DNA from: Minisyncoccota bacterium
GTDB taxonomy: Bacteria > Patescibacteriota > Minisyncoccia > Phycocordibacterales > GCA-2747955
Assembly: GCA_020629435.1 (NCBI GenBank)
Contig: JAHDDI010000001.1
Coordinates: forward strand, 1 to 39,210
Reading direction: 5' to 3'
DNA: 39,210 nucleotides
The notes below the pieces were generated by a model. It was not told the DNA's origin, made no database searches, and saw only the letters and a list, made by a program, of their open reading frames with translations. The position numbers and the translations under genes are program-made. Shown piece after piece: positions 1-10,442 of this stretch (position 1 is its first letter; each line of letters begins with the position of its first letter).

Positions 1-3000
1 TGTCTCTGACGGTAGGTTGCACCCAACCAGATTATTCATAAATCTGTTTGTAGTTTTGTATTTGTAGCCTGTGCCTGCTGTCAGCCCCCATGGTTGCAGC
101 ATAGTTTGTCTAAAGGTTTCTTGGAAATTCTTTATCGCAGACCGAATGCCCGAATCGTATCGAGTATTAATCGAACCACTATAGAACCCAAGCTCTGTCA
201 TAAGTATTTTTGTAATACGTACCTCGGCCGAATCAGTGTTCTCTGTAGTACTGTTAAATTCTGTAAAGACAGGACAGGTCAGTTGTCTGTTACACATAAA
301 TGAATTTACCTTGAGTCGAGTTGTAAGAAACACATACCCTGTTGGTTGTTCTAGTCCCCATGGTTCTAGAACTGAGGCACGGTATTTTTCTTGGAATCGT
401 TTGACTGCTGCAAAGTCGTCTTGGTCATATGTGCCGTCTTCTGACAAATTTTCTCCTTGTTTGTCATTGAGAAACGCAATTAATTTATTAACCTCGACTG
501 GGTTGTTTGAACGACCTATAGCAATAGTTTCCTTCAAATATGGTGCGCAGACCGAATCAAGCGTATTGGTATTTGAACTACCACTAGTTTGATTTTCTAT
601 TTCTTTGAGTAGGTCTTTGATTAGGTCAGTTGTTTCTTCTGTTGCAGAGTCGTCGTATTTACACAGTCTATTATCTGTTTTTCCTTTTCTGTTAGAGTAA
701 TTAGTTGCAGAACTGTCGCGACAATAGTAACGGGTACCGCCACCACCTGATGTTGTAGGTGTACTGATTACTACTAGAGACTTGTTAGCCAGACCATTTA
801 TGGTTGTTTGATTCCCCACACTATCTGACTGTGTTACGGTCAATGAAATTACGTCATCTCCTTCGGGAATATCTGTTACATCAAACACCGCTGACCAACT
901 GCCACCAACACAAGTACTGGTTGCAACAGATGACGACGCACTAGGTAGACTAATCGAGACTACTCCGTCACCGTTTGTGCACAACCCAGAGACCGTGTAA
1001 TTTGTTTGATCTGAAGATACAGTAACGTCGTCTAAATTTGTAATGGTTAAATTGGGTGGAGTTATGTCAATGTTTAATGGGTTTGCACTCACTGCATACG
1101 CGTAATTCCCCGCCAAGTCGTGTGCACGATAACATACATAATCTCCGTTATTGTCTTCGTTATTAAATGTAATTACCTGGCCCATGGTAGAGGTAAAATC
1201 GTAGCTATCACTAGCATTACATACCCCGTCCGAACTAAACCCGTATTGTAATGGTGACGATGTTGCCAAATAGTCGTCTGTTGCCATAGCTGAAATAGTT
1301 TCGCTCAATGATGGGCCTGCTGAAATATCAGTCATTATTGTGATAACAGGAAGGGTTGTATCAACAATATACGATGACTGATTTTTACCAACTGCGGCAT
1401 TAGAACTATCAGTTGCATCGACCTGTAAAATTCCCGTATTACTGATACCTTGGACCGTACAGGTCACTATATCGTTATATGGGTCAGTGGTGTCACCTCC
1501 GGCTCCTATACAGTCCAGTGTTGTCCCTACTGACGCAGGTCCTGACAACACAATATTAGTCACTGGTTGATCTGTAGGAGTATCAACGGTAAAGACTACG
1601 TCATTGATAGTTGATGATGCAATAGTAGTTCCAGTGGTAAAGGTAATGATTGGGGGAAATGCTAACTCTATTTGCGAACTGTTTCCCGCCACGTCATACA
1701 CAACCACTGTTACATTATGGACCATCTCATCAGGATCAAGATCTAAAGTAATTATATTTGAAACCGATGTAGTCGAAGTGGTTGCTGTATTTACACCCCC
1801 TGCATTATTGTCTGCTATATATATAAATTCGTAATAACTAATCCCACTTTGTGTATCTGAGGCTGTCACGGTAATCTCTGGATCATCAACCCCACCGACT
1901 GTGTCAATTTGTGCGGAACTGATTGGATCTTGTGTATCAACAAAAACAGATAGCTGAGACGAGGTGGCAAATTGCATGCCTTCTAATACTAATTCTGTAC
2001 TGATCAATGTGGTGCCGCTCACTAGTGCAGTAGGTGGTGTAATGGAATACACTCCTCCCACACAAGTATCATTGTCAACTGAGACAACCCCATTGATAAT
2101 CAAATTAACTGTAGACCCGCTGACACATGTGCCCGTAAATGTTGGATTTGTGATGTTGGTTACATTATCAATATCTAATACTCCTGAATCAGATGTCGTT
2201 GCCAAATCAGGCACTGGAATTTGTTCGTTTGGGTCCCTGAACGAAACAACAGTATCTGCGTCTATATCTAATAGCTCTGTCTGAGGATTCACATATGCAT
2301 CATTTGCATCATACAGTCCCGCGGGAGATGTATCGACACCATCATAATCGTCTAATAGGCCGTCACCATCTGAGTCAGTTCCTGAAGCATCAGAAGTCCT
2401 GTATGTTTCGAATCTGTCTGAAAGACCATCTCCATCTGAATCGGTGGAAACATAATCAGGCAAGTATCCATTTGTAGTTATTGGGTCTGTGATTCCCAAA
2501 ACCCCATATGCACTATCAAGGCCACCATTAGTTGCAGCATCACCAAGTGGTGCAACATAACCACCTGTTGTTTGTGCCTCTATGTTGTCGGGGATACCAT
2601 CATTATCCGAATCAATGTCTTCGCTATCGATAACTCCGTCATTGTCAGTGTCTAGGGGCTCTACTATAACCTCTAGGTTGTCGATAAACGCAAAAGTACC
2701 GTGCGAAGATACTGCTGACCCTCCTATGAATACAATAATTGAAGAGCTACTAGTTATACCATGATCACTTGGCAAAAATTGAAAATATCTTTTCCCCCAT
2801 GTCCCTGCAGTCTCTCCAGAGGTATTAAAGTTTTCCATGGTATCCAATAGTATCCCTGATACTGATGTTGTGGCATTAAGACGGACCTCTACAAATACGT
2901 CTTCCAATATTTGGCCATCATCCATATCGTATTCAGTATAATCCATACGTACCGTAACAGGTTCATTTGCATCTACGACAAACAAAGAATTATAGAATCC

Positions 3001-3459
3001 TTCACTTCTTCGAATAGACATGAATGAACCCCCTGTTGGCGAGGAATCAAAACCAACCAAAGATGTTCTGGTCTGAGCGTCACTATGAAACTGAACAGTG
3101 CTGTCAGTACTTAGGTCTGGGGAATTATATTTTACCCACGGCGCTGGAACCTTGTTTGCATTTTTTTTAGGATTGGCTGTTGGCTCAAAAGGGGTCCCGT
3201 CTGGTTGGTTAAAATCGCCATTGTCTAAAATAGCGTTTGCTTGTGCATACTGATTTTCAATCTCGTCAAGAATTCCATCATTGTCATCATCCGGATCCAC
3301 CGCATCAAGAATTCCATCGTTATCGACGTCTCCCACTACCGCATGTGCGTAATTAACTACAAACCATGCATTATGTGTAGCAACTAAAGACAAAACAACT
3401 GCAAATACAGTATAAGTTAGCAATGAACTACTTTTTTTAAATGTTTGGTAAATATACAT
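1..3459 (-). CDS. Large secreted/surface protein (3' partial, >=1153 aa): DxDxDG Ca-binding-type repeats, bacterial Ig-like domains, C-terminal tandem peptidoglycan-binding-like domains
   Basis: Not in the ORF track because it runs off the window. Manual translation from ATG 3459: MYIYQTFKKSSSLLTYTVFAVVLSLVATHNAWFVVNYAHA (signal-like), then DVDNDGILDAVDPDDDNDGILDEIE. Internal segments include GTDSDGDGLLDDYDG, DSGVLDIDNVTNITNPTFTGTC (Ig-like) and CRDSSATNY. The C-terminal part has AVKRFQEKY..LEPWGL..TGYV and AIKNFQETF..LQPWGL..TGYK. Frame spot-checked at several points. Confidence 0.85.
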   Translation of the reverse strand, partial: MYIYQTFKKSSSLLTYTVFAVVLSLVATHNAWFVVNYAHAVVGDVDNDGILDAVDPDDDNDGILDEIENQYAQANAILDNGDFNQPDGTPFEPTANPKKNANKVPAPWVKYNSPDLSTDSTVQFHSDAQTRTSLVGFDSSPTGGSFMSIRRSEGFYNSLFVVDANEPVTVRMDYTEYDMDDGQILEDVFVEVRLNATTSVSGILLDTMENFNTSGETAGTWGKRYFQFLPSDHGITSSSSIIVFIGGSAVSSHGTFAFIDNLEVIVEPLDTDNDGVIDSEDIDSDNDGIPDNIEAQTTGGYVAPLGDAATNGGLDSAYGVLGITDPITTNGYLPDYVSTDSDGDGLSDRFETYRTSDASGTDSDGDGLLDDYDGVDTSPAGLYDANDAYVNPQTELLDIDADTVVSFRDPNEQIPVPDLATTSDSGVLDIDNVTNITNPTFTGTCVSGSTVNLIINGVVSVDNDTCVGGVYSITPPTALVSGTTLISTELVLEGMQFATSSQLSVFVDTQDPISSAQIDTVGGVDDPEITVTASDTQSGISYYEFIYIADNNAGGVNTATTSTTSVSNIITLDLDPDEMVHNVTVVVYDVAGNSSQIELAFPPIITFTTGTTIASSTINDVVFTVDTPTDQPVTNIVLSGPASVGTTLDCIGAGGDTTDPYNDIVTCTVQGISNTGILQVDATDSSNAAVGKNQSSYIVDTTLPVITIMTDISAGPSLSETISAMATDDYLATSSPLQYGFSSDGVCNASDSYDFTSTMGQVITFNNEDNNGDYVCYRAHDLAGNYAYAVSANPLNIDITPPNLTITNLDDVTVSSDQTNYTVSGLCTNGDGVVSISLPSASSSVATSTCVGGSWSAVFDVTDIPEGDDVISLTVTQSDSVGNQTTINGLANKSLVVISTPTTSGGGGTRYYCRDSSATNYSNRKGKTDNRLCKYDDSATEETTDLIKDLLKEIENQTSGSSNTNTLDSVCAPYLKETIAIGRSNNPVEVNKLIAFLNDKQGENLSEDGTYDQDDFAAVKRFQEKYRASVLEPWGLEQPTGYVFLTTRLKVNSFMCNRQLTCPVFTEFNSTTENTDSAEVRITKILMTELGFYSGSINTRYDSGIRSAIKNFQETFRQTMLQPWGLTAGTGYKYKTTNRFMNNLVGCNLPSET

Positions 3460-3540
3460 AAAATTTATAATTTACTACTGATGGTTACTATACTCTCTAT
3501 TATTACATGCCACCATATTTTTTTGTACTAGATACACAAC

Positions 3541-3569
3541 ACAAAAACCACCAAATAGGTGGTTTTTGT
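3541..3569 (-). terminator. Intrinsic terminator hairpin
   Basis: ACAAAAACCACC-aaata-GGTGGTTTTTGT inverted repeat with A/T tracts. Confidence 0.75.
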
Positions 3570-3622
3570 AAATAGTTTGTGTTTTGTGATTGGTTTATGT
3601 ATTGTCTAAAGACCATCTACAA

Positions 3623-3653
3623 TCCAAGACGAATCAACGACTGTAATCTTACA
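3623..3653 (-). promoter_or_regulatory. Putative ECF sigma promoter (copy 3)
   Basis: Minus strand TGTAAGAT-N14-CGTCTTGGA; the -35 element contains the TAA stop of the 3649..4389 gene. Confidence 0.7.
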
Positions 3654-4389
3654 GATTTGCGTTTGCTTGAATTTGAGCACTAGCACGTAACTCTGCTGAT
3701 GCCTGAGTCACTGCTTGAACAAATGCGTCTACTCGATTTGAACTAGTAATATTTGATTTGATATTAGATTCTATTTCAGTGTCAGTTTGTGCAGATACCT
3801 CTGAAGATACCACAAATGACCACCATGGTCGCTGCATCATAACTGTTACACTTGATGATTCATCAATAGTTATAACTGCTTTTTTATTCATCTTTGCAGA
3901 AAACAGCCCCATAATTTTTACTGGTGTTTTGTAAGAAACCACAACAGAATTATTAGATGTTTTTACAGATACATTAGCGTCAGATGACTGTTCCACTGCC
4001 GCGGCTGATTGTATTTGTGCGTTTTCTTGAGATCCAAGCCCCATTATTGAAAATGTTGTTTTCGCTGATCCTTGAGATTGTGACGTGGTATTGGTTTGTG
4101 TGTTCTCTACTCGAACACCAGATTGTGCTTCAACTCCAACCTCTGTGTTACTGTTTGTAATTAATTCTACTGGCACTTCAGGGTCCATATCAATTGTTGT
4201 GTTGGTATCTAACGTTGTATCACCTTCTACTTCAGCAGATAGATTTGTAATCTGCATTGTTTTCGTGTTGTTGCCTGTATCGACATTTGTCATTGCATTA
4301 CCTTCTGCGTCTAATTCAATCATTCCGTATGCGGGGACTGCAATGAGTGCTGATGTTGTGAGTAATCCCAGTGTGTGTGTTATTTTCAT
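3649..4389 (-). CDS. Secreted Ser/Thr/Asn-rich hypothetical protein, probable ECF target
   Basis: ORF 3649..4410; ATG at 4389 (MKITHTLGLLTTSALIAVPAYG) gives a signal peptide; C-terminal domain with KIMGLF...RPWWSF. Confidence 0.75.
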   Translation of the reverse strand: MKITHTLGLLTTSALIAVPAYGMIELDAEGNAMTNVDTGNNTKTMQITNLSAEVEGDTTLDTNTTIDMDPEVPVELITNSNTEVGVEAQSGVRVENTQTNTTSQSQGSAKTTFSIMGLGSQENAQIQSAAAVEQSSDANVSVKTSNNSVVVSYKTPVKIMGLFSAKMNKKAVITIDESSSVTVMMQRPWWSFVVSSEVSAQTDTEIESNIKSNITSSNRVDAFVQAVTQASAELRASAQIQANANL

Positions 4390-4439
4390 AATATTTTTAT
4401 TTATTAACAATGTAAACCATGTAATTGTGGTACGTATTA

Positions 4440-4465
4440 TTCAAGACGAATCAGTGCGGCCTATC

Positions 4466-4470
<5 letters not shown>
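4440..4470 (-). promoter_or_regulatory. Putative ECF sigma promoter (copy 2)
   Basis: Minus strand TGTAAGAT-N14-CGTCTTGAA; the -35 element contains the TAA stop of the anti-sigma gene. Confidence 0.75.
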
Positions 4471-5383
<913 letters not shown>

Positions 5384-5388
5384 AGTAA

Positions 5389-5889
5389 TTAATCAAGCAT
5401 TTTTTGTAACTGTTCCCGACCACGAGAAATACGTACCGACGTGTTGGATTCGCTAATGCCCAACATCAGCGCAATATCTTTTACTGACATATCTTCGACC
5501 AAGCGCAGATATATTGCTTCGCGGTATTTTTCATCTAATTGTTTCATGCAATTGATAACCATACCGTACTGCGAATTATTGATACTTGCGTCATAACCAT
5601 AAGTCGATTCTTCAAAATCAAATCCTTCTTCAAGGATTGCATCCAGTGATTGTGTACTGTGTTTACGGTAATGATCGATAATGGTATTTCTGGCGATTTG
5701 ATATAGAAATGATTTTGGATTTTCAGGAAGACCATTGTTTTGTATGTGTGAAAATAATTTAACAAATGTGTCTTGAGTTAAATCCAGTGCGGTATCTCTG
5801 TTGCTAGTTTTGTATAAACACAGCCGAAGAATGGTGTTTGAATATTCGTCATACAGGTCATTAAATTGTTGTGTTATGTGTTCGCTCAT
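5389..5889 (-). CDS. ECF-type sigma-70 factor
   Basis: Region 2 (ALDLTQDTFVKL, FLYQIARNTIIDHYRK) and region 4 (LDEKYREAIYLR..EDMSVKDIA..LGISESNTSVRISRGR); 166 aa. Confidence 0.95.
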   Translation of the reverse strand: MSEHITQQFNDLYDEYSNTILRLCLYKTSNRDTALDLTQDTFVKLFSHIQNNGLPENPKSFLYQIARNTIIDHYRKHSTQSLDAILEEGFDFEESTYGYDASINNSQYGMVINCMKQLDEKYREAIYLRLVEDMSVKDIALMLGISESNTSVRISRGREQLQKMLD

Positions 5890-5891
5890 AT

Positions 5892-5922
5892 TCCATGACG
5901 TATAAAACGCCTTTATCTTACA
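5892..5922 (-). promoter_or_regulatory. Putative ECF autoregulatory promoter (copy 1)
   Basis: TGTAAGAT-N14-CGTCATGGA; 7 nt between CGTC and the sigma ATG, so probably leaderless. Confidence 0.75.
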
Positions 5923-5948
5923 ATAATATCATAGGCAGTTAAACATTT

Positions 5949-5979
5949 TGTAAGAAATTGTTTATTGGCACGTCATGAA
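5949..5979 (+). promoter_or_regulatory. Putative ECF promoter (copy 4, divergent)
   Basis: TGTAAGAA-N14-CGTCATGAA on the plus strand, back-to-back with copy 1. Confidence 0.7.
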
Positions 5980-6082
5980 TTGTAGGAACGAAACGTACAC
6001 ACAGAAACACAATTCCTGGCTCTGAATATCATAACCGATATTGCATCTAATTATTATGGTTCGGAAATTATATATTCACAAC

Positions 6083-6559
6083 ATGAAAAAAATTACATCA
6101 TTATTAATTCTTAGTTTATTTTCTGCATCGTTTGCCTTTGCAGCAGAATCAAATCCTCTTAAATCTGTCTCTGTTTCATATAATAAGAATAATGTGCCCA
6201 CTGTATTAGTGCAATCAAATCGTGCTTCGATGACTCCATTTAAAACTGACGGTGTTCAAGAGTCGGCAATTCTTGCCGAACTTGCACTACAGCATGATAT
6301 GTCTATCCGATCGGTAACTAAAATCACTAAATTTTCTTACAGTAAATTAGATCGCAAAGACAGCGCAATTAATGTAAAAGCTGCAAAAATTACAACTACT
6401 GTAAAAAACGGCAAGACCATTATTACAGTTACATACAAAGGTAAAACCGATGACTATTGGTTTAACACTGGTAATTCTTACAAAGCAGCAAAAGAATTCT
6501 CAAAAATATACAGTCTACCTACCGCACAAGTCTGGAAAAATATTAAAATAAATAGATAG
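6083..6559 (+). CDS. Secreted basic hypothetical protein with two internal ~55-aa beta-beta-beta-alpha-alpha-like repeats
   Basis: MKKITSLLILSLFSASFAFA signal peptide from ATG 6083; TATATT 6 nt upstream; two halves with similar hydrophobic patterns. Confidence 0.75.
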   Translation: MKKITSLLILSLFSASFAFAAESNPLKSVSVSYNKNNVPTVLVQSNRASMTPFKTDGVQESAILAELALQHDMSIRSVTKITKFSYSKLDRKDSAINVKAAKITTTVKNGKTIITVTYKGKTDDYWFNTGNSYKAAKEFSKIYSLPTAQVWKNIKINR

Positions 6560-6565
6560 ATAGCG

Positions 6566-6603
6566 ATACACAAAAACCACCCAAATGGGTGGTTTTTGTG
6601 TAT
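6566..6603. terminator. Bidirectional intrinsic terminator
   Basis: ATACACAAAAACCACCC-aaat-GGGTGGTTTTTGTGTAT between convergent genes. Confidence 0.8.
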
Positions 6604-6614
6604 ATAGATTATGC

Positions 6615-7823
6615 TTAGCAAGTATTATCGTCTTGAACATGATAATGTGACCGAAACGCAGCCCATGCCTTGCCAAAAGGCAAAAAGTTAATAAACACAA
6701 CCCAATCTACCAGTCGTCGAAGCATCCAACCAGTACGACCAAAAAAGTTTAATTTTCCGAACTGAGTTCCACTCCAGGCCGGACCCGCTGGGATAGCATA
6801 AATTGGTTCTTTTTGAGAATAAATACGTGCAACAGAATCTGGATTAGTTATTTTTCTTCGTATTGCATTGGCCACAAAAACACCATCATTAATAGCAGTC
6901 TGTGCCATGCCCGACCATTGAGTCGACGCGATGTCTCCCCCGACATATACGTTTTCTAAACCCGGGGCATTCATATACTGGTTTACTTTGATACGACCCA
7001 TTCTGTCCTGTTCTGCACCCAATTGGTCTACAAGTGCGTTTGCTTTGACCCCTGCGGTCCACACGACTGTTGAAGATGATAATGGTTCTCCAGACAAGGT
7101 CACAACGTCATTCTCTAGTGATTCAACGATGCAGCTTGTTCGTACATCGACACCTAATTTTTGTAACCTTTTGGTTATCTTTTTAGAAAGTTTTTGGTGT
7201 AATTTTGGTAAAATTCTGTCCGATCTCTCGACTAGAACAATATTGACAAGATTTGGATCAAGATTTGCATTCGCAATCAGTTGTTTGGCATACCCACCCA
7301 ATTCACCTGCAAGCTCAACACCTGTTGGACCCGCACCGATAATTACAAAGTTCAGCGCCTTGGTTCGTTCTGCATGGTCCTGTGCAGGACACATCTGTAG
7401 TGTTTGAATTACATGCTTTTTTAATTGCAATGCGTCATCAATGGTTTTCATTCCCCATGAATTTTCTTGTAAGCCTGGAATACCAAAATAGTTGGTCTCT
7501 GCCCCTAGGCCTAGTACTAAATCGTCGTAATTATATGTGCTGCCGCTTTCTCCTGTTACATATTGATCTTTGGTATCGATCGCAATCGCCTTGTCTATTA
7601 TTATTTCAACTCGAGATTCATCTAGGATATCTCTCAACGGTAAACATACTTCCATAGGAGATTTCCCGGCAACCAATCGATATAGTGCACCGTGGTATTC
7701 AAAGTTACTTTTATCTGTAATTAGTCGGATTTTGGTGTTATCTAGATTTGCACGAGACAACTCCAGAGCACACTTTACTCCCATAAAACCGCCACCAATA
7801 ATTACAATTCTTCTTTTTTGCAT
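6615..7823 (-). CDS. ndh: Type II NADH dehydrogenase-family FAD-dependent oxidoreductase
   Basis: Two Rossmann motifs (IIGGGFMG, IIGAGPTGVELAGEL), YDDLVLGLG, VVWTAGV, VYVGGD. Confidence 0.85.
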   Translation of the reverse strand: MQKRRIVIIGGGFMGVKCALELSRANLDNTKIRLITDKSNFEYHGALYRLVAGKSPMEVCLPLRDILDESRVEIIIDKAIAIDTKDQYVTGESGSTYNYDDLVLGLGAETNYFGIPGLQENSWGMKTIDDALQLKKHVIQTLQMCPAQDHAERTKALNFVIIGAGPTGVELAGELGGYAKQLIANANLDPNLVNIVLVERSDRILPKLHQKLSKKITKRLQKLGVDVRTSCIVESLENDVVTLSGEPLSSSTVVWTAGVKANALVDQLGAEQDRMGRIKVNQYMNAPGLENVYVGGDIASTQWSGMAQTAINDGVFVANAIRRKITNPDSVARIYSQKEPIYAIPAGPAWSGTQFGKLNFFGRTGWMLRRLVDWVVFINFLPFGKAWAAFRSHYHVQDDNTC

Positions 7824-7856
7824 ATAATATATTGTATCACGTTTGATTACCTAAGA

Positions 7857-7885
7857 TAAAACACCCGAACAAATCGGGTGTTTTA
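7857..7885. terminator. Intrinsic terminator
   Basis: AAAACACCCGA-acaaa-TCGGGTGTTTT. Confidence 0.7.
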
Positions 7886-7891
7886 TTTTAT

Positions 7892-9106
7892 CTATATTGT
7901 ATGAGCGTCCTCAGAGTATAGCCAATGCAACAGTATTGCTAGCGCTATAAATGTTGCTGGTAACCAAGGGTGCGTAAAGCATGGATTAGTCACGTACCAA
8001 AGTAATAGTCCGCCTACTGCTGATGCTATTGCAATAATAGTCAGTCTTTGTGCATACTGTGCTGTACCGAATGCTGGTTCTGCATAATATGAAATGGCAA
8101 CCCACACTGCAACCAACCACAACCATATTATCGCTAAGTATACATACCATGACCAGTTGGCTCCAACAGTTGAGCAATTTTTTGTTGCCTCAAGTGCTGA
8201 CCCAATATTTGCTTTCTGTAGAGCAACGGCACCAGCAGCTGCAACACCTGATGTAATCAAAGCTGTGTTATCCTCGCTTGTTGTTGATGACGTAGCATTC
8301 ACCAATATTTCACTTTCCGCAACAAGGTCTGTCTTGTTCTCAATTTTCGCTTTTTCGTTATTTGTAAATAAACCAGACACCCAAGCAAAGAATCCTTTTG
8401 TGTTGTTTTCCTCCCCACCATCTACATTGGTAGTTGTCGTTGTTGCTACATTAACGATTATTTGTGTGTTGTTTTCGTTTTGTGATGTAGTTGTATCACC
8501 AACTGCGACTATGGTTTTTGTCTCAGCAGTAGTGTCGCTGTTATTTGCCGCAGTATTTCCAGAAATAGAAGATGTATTGTTTTGATTTACAGTACTTATT
8601 GTCTGTTTCTCTTGCACTGTGAAAGATGTATATAACAATGAATTACAAGCCCCAACAGTCTGTGACTGTGCCCCCATGGCAACATACACGTTGCCTGTGA
8701 TCGAGTCAGTGTTGACTGCACGTACCTTGAATGAACCGTCAGGCATTTCTGTATATTGAACTGGGTATGATTTTTCATTAATAGTTAACTCCAGACTTGG
8801 AATATATATGTCTGAGTTTGTATAAAACACAAACTCTGGCAACTGAGACTCGTGTGAATTATGAAGTGGAGAATACGACATAATTTGACTGTTGCGGCAC
8901 TCACGCGAACTATCAGTCGCAGACTGGTTGGCCGCATCAATATTATCTAATTCTGTTAGTAATAGCTGTGCTAATAATTCTTGTGCTAATGCATCAGTAA
9001 TATTTTTCTCTTGCCCATGAGCGACCACATTGGTACTCATTATGCTGATGAAAAACATACATAGCGCAAAAGATAATTTAAATGTTTTTGTTATTGTTAT
9101 TGTCAT
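7892..9106 (-). CDS. Hypothetical surface/membrane protein (signal peptide, Ig-like region, Thr/Asn linker, three C-terminal TM helices)
   Basis: 404-aa ORF; hydrophobic pattern read by eye. Confidence 0.75.
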   Translation of the reverse strand: MTITITKTFKLSFALCMFFISIMSTNVVAHGQEKNITDALAQELLAQLLLTELDNIDAANQSATDSSRECRNSQIMSYSPLHNSHESQLPEFVFYTNSDIYIPSLELTINEKSYPVQYTEMPDGSFKVRAVNTDSITGNVYVAMGAQSQTVGACNSLLYTSFTVQEKQTISTVNQNNTSSISGNTAANNSDTTAETKTIVAVGDTTTSQNENNTQIIVNVATTTTTNVDGGEENNTKGFFAWVSGLFTNNEKAKIENKTDLVAESEILVNATSSTTSEDNTALITSGVAAAGAVALQKANIGSALEATKNCSTVGANWSWYVYLAIIWLWLVAVWVAISYYAEPAFGTAQYAQRLTIIAIASAVGGLLLWYVTNPCFTHPWLPATFIALAILLHWLYSEDAHTI

Positions 9107-9230
9107 ATAGTTTATGTATAGTTGAGAAATTATACAGATTTATGTACATAATGGCAAAAGTGTGTTTTTAAACGAAAATGTCCCTTATACGGGATATATA
9201 TCCGTTATTATGCTATTTTTTTGACATAAA

Positions 9231-9262
9231 AACAAAAACCGGATATAAATCCGGTTTTTGTT
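9231..9262 (-). terminator. Intrinsic terminator after tig
   Basis: AACAAAAACCGGAT-ataa-ATCCGGTTTTTGTT. Confidence 0.75.
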
Positions 9263-9303
9263 ACTTATCCTTATATTGTCCACAGAAATTGTGTTCTTTG
9301 TGT

Positions 9304-10356
9304 CTATTTTTGTGACTCAAGAAACTGACACACTGCTTCGTTGATGTAAATGTTTTCTACATATAAACGAACATTGTCTTCTGGTGCATCTGGATGCGCC
9401 TGTTTAATTTGTGCAATTTGCGCATCCATTTCTTCTTGGTTTGCAGATATTTTTTCTACTTTTGCGATTTCTTTTAATACCAATTCTGCCCGAGCACGTT
9501 CTGTTGCGTCTTTGGTCATTTCTGAGCGCATTTCTTCTTCGGTCTTTCCAGAGTGTTCTAACCATGCAGAATATTCTAATCCCATTCGAGAAATGTCATC
9601 TTTCATTGCTCCTAACATTTTGTCTTTTTCGGCTTCAATCAGAATTTCAGGTACCTCAAAATCTGACTGTTGTGCAATGTCTAAAATAATCGCTTCTCGA
9701 CGTTTTCCTTTTTCAGATTGTTCTTTTTGCTCTAATAATTGCGATTTCATTTTTTCCTTGAAATCTGCCACATCTTTAAAGTCACCGATTTTTTTAACAA
9801 ATTCATCGTTTAATTCTGGAATTTCGTGGTTATGTTCTGCTGCATCTGCTCCTTCTTCATGTTGGTGTGCTGTGTGTGCGTGCATGTTCATTAACTGTTC
9901 AATATTTTGATCCAGTTCTTCATCCGTAATCTCTACGACTGTTTCTTCTTTGTTATGTTTTGCCGCACTTTTTTTGTAGTCACCTAATTGTATTGTAGGT
10001 AACACTGCGCTTGTGATCAAAAATTCAAGGTCACTTCCATGTGCCAGTTTCGTAAGTGATATTTGTGGGTATCCAACTACTGATAATTTTTTGTCCATAA
10101 CAATCGCAGGGTACACGTCACCGAGTACTCTCTGAGCTGCTTCTTGCATAATTGCCATCTGTCCAATCTTTGCCTCTACTTGATCTTGTGGCGCTTTCCC
10201 TTTTCGGAAACCGTCCAATTCAACATCTGCTGCCATTTTTTCTAGTGTTGTTTGGTAATAAGATTGTAATTTATCCCATGAAACTGAACCTGTGATCGCA
10301 ATTTGTGAATTATCTCCATCTGCAATTTCTATGTTTGAATATAGTGTATCTGTCAT
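9304..10356 (-). CDS. tig: Trigger factor lacking the FKBP/PPIase domain
   Basis: GFRKGKAP ribosome-binding motif, PELNDEFVKK, C-terminal SurA-like domain; 350 aa. Confidence 0.93.
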   Translation of the reverse strand: MTDTLYSNIEIADGDNSQIAITGSVSWDKLQSYYQTTLEKMAADVELDGFRKGKAPQDQVEAKIGQMAIMQEAAQRVLGDVYPAIVMDKKLSVVGYPQISLTKLAHGSDLEFLITSAVLPTIQLGDYKKSAAKHNKEETVVEITDEELDQNIEQLMNMHAHTAHQHEEGADAAEHNHEIPELNDEFVKKIGDFKDVADFKEKMKSQLLEQKEQSEKGKRREAIILDIAQQSDFEVPEILIEAEKDKMLGAMKDDISRMGLEYSAWLEHSGKTEEEMRSEMTKDATERARAELVLKEIAKVEKISANQEEMDAQIAQIKQAHPDAPEDNVRLYVENIYINEAVCQFLESQK

Positions 10357-10442
10357 ATGTGTTTATTTATTTATAATACAAGTAAAAGAGAACCTGTTGT
10401 GGTTCTCTATTTTACTTGAATTGTGGTTTTTCTCAAATGGGC

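Noticed and set aside
94..2764. Plus-strand ORFs in the ORF track (94..303, 236..592, 1604..1834, 1964..2284, 2295..2477, 2582..2764)
   Set aside because: Antisense shadows of the large minus-strand surface-protein gene.
3504..3617. 37-codon minus-strand ORF (MVFRQYINQ...) after ECF promoter copy 3
   Set aside because: Runs through the terminator hairpin and has no recognisable features; probably spurious, though not excluded.
9260..9285. DnaA-box-like TTGTCCACA and TTATCCTTA downstream of tig
   Set aside because: Isolated degenerate matches far from dnaA; could occur by chance in AT-rich DNA.
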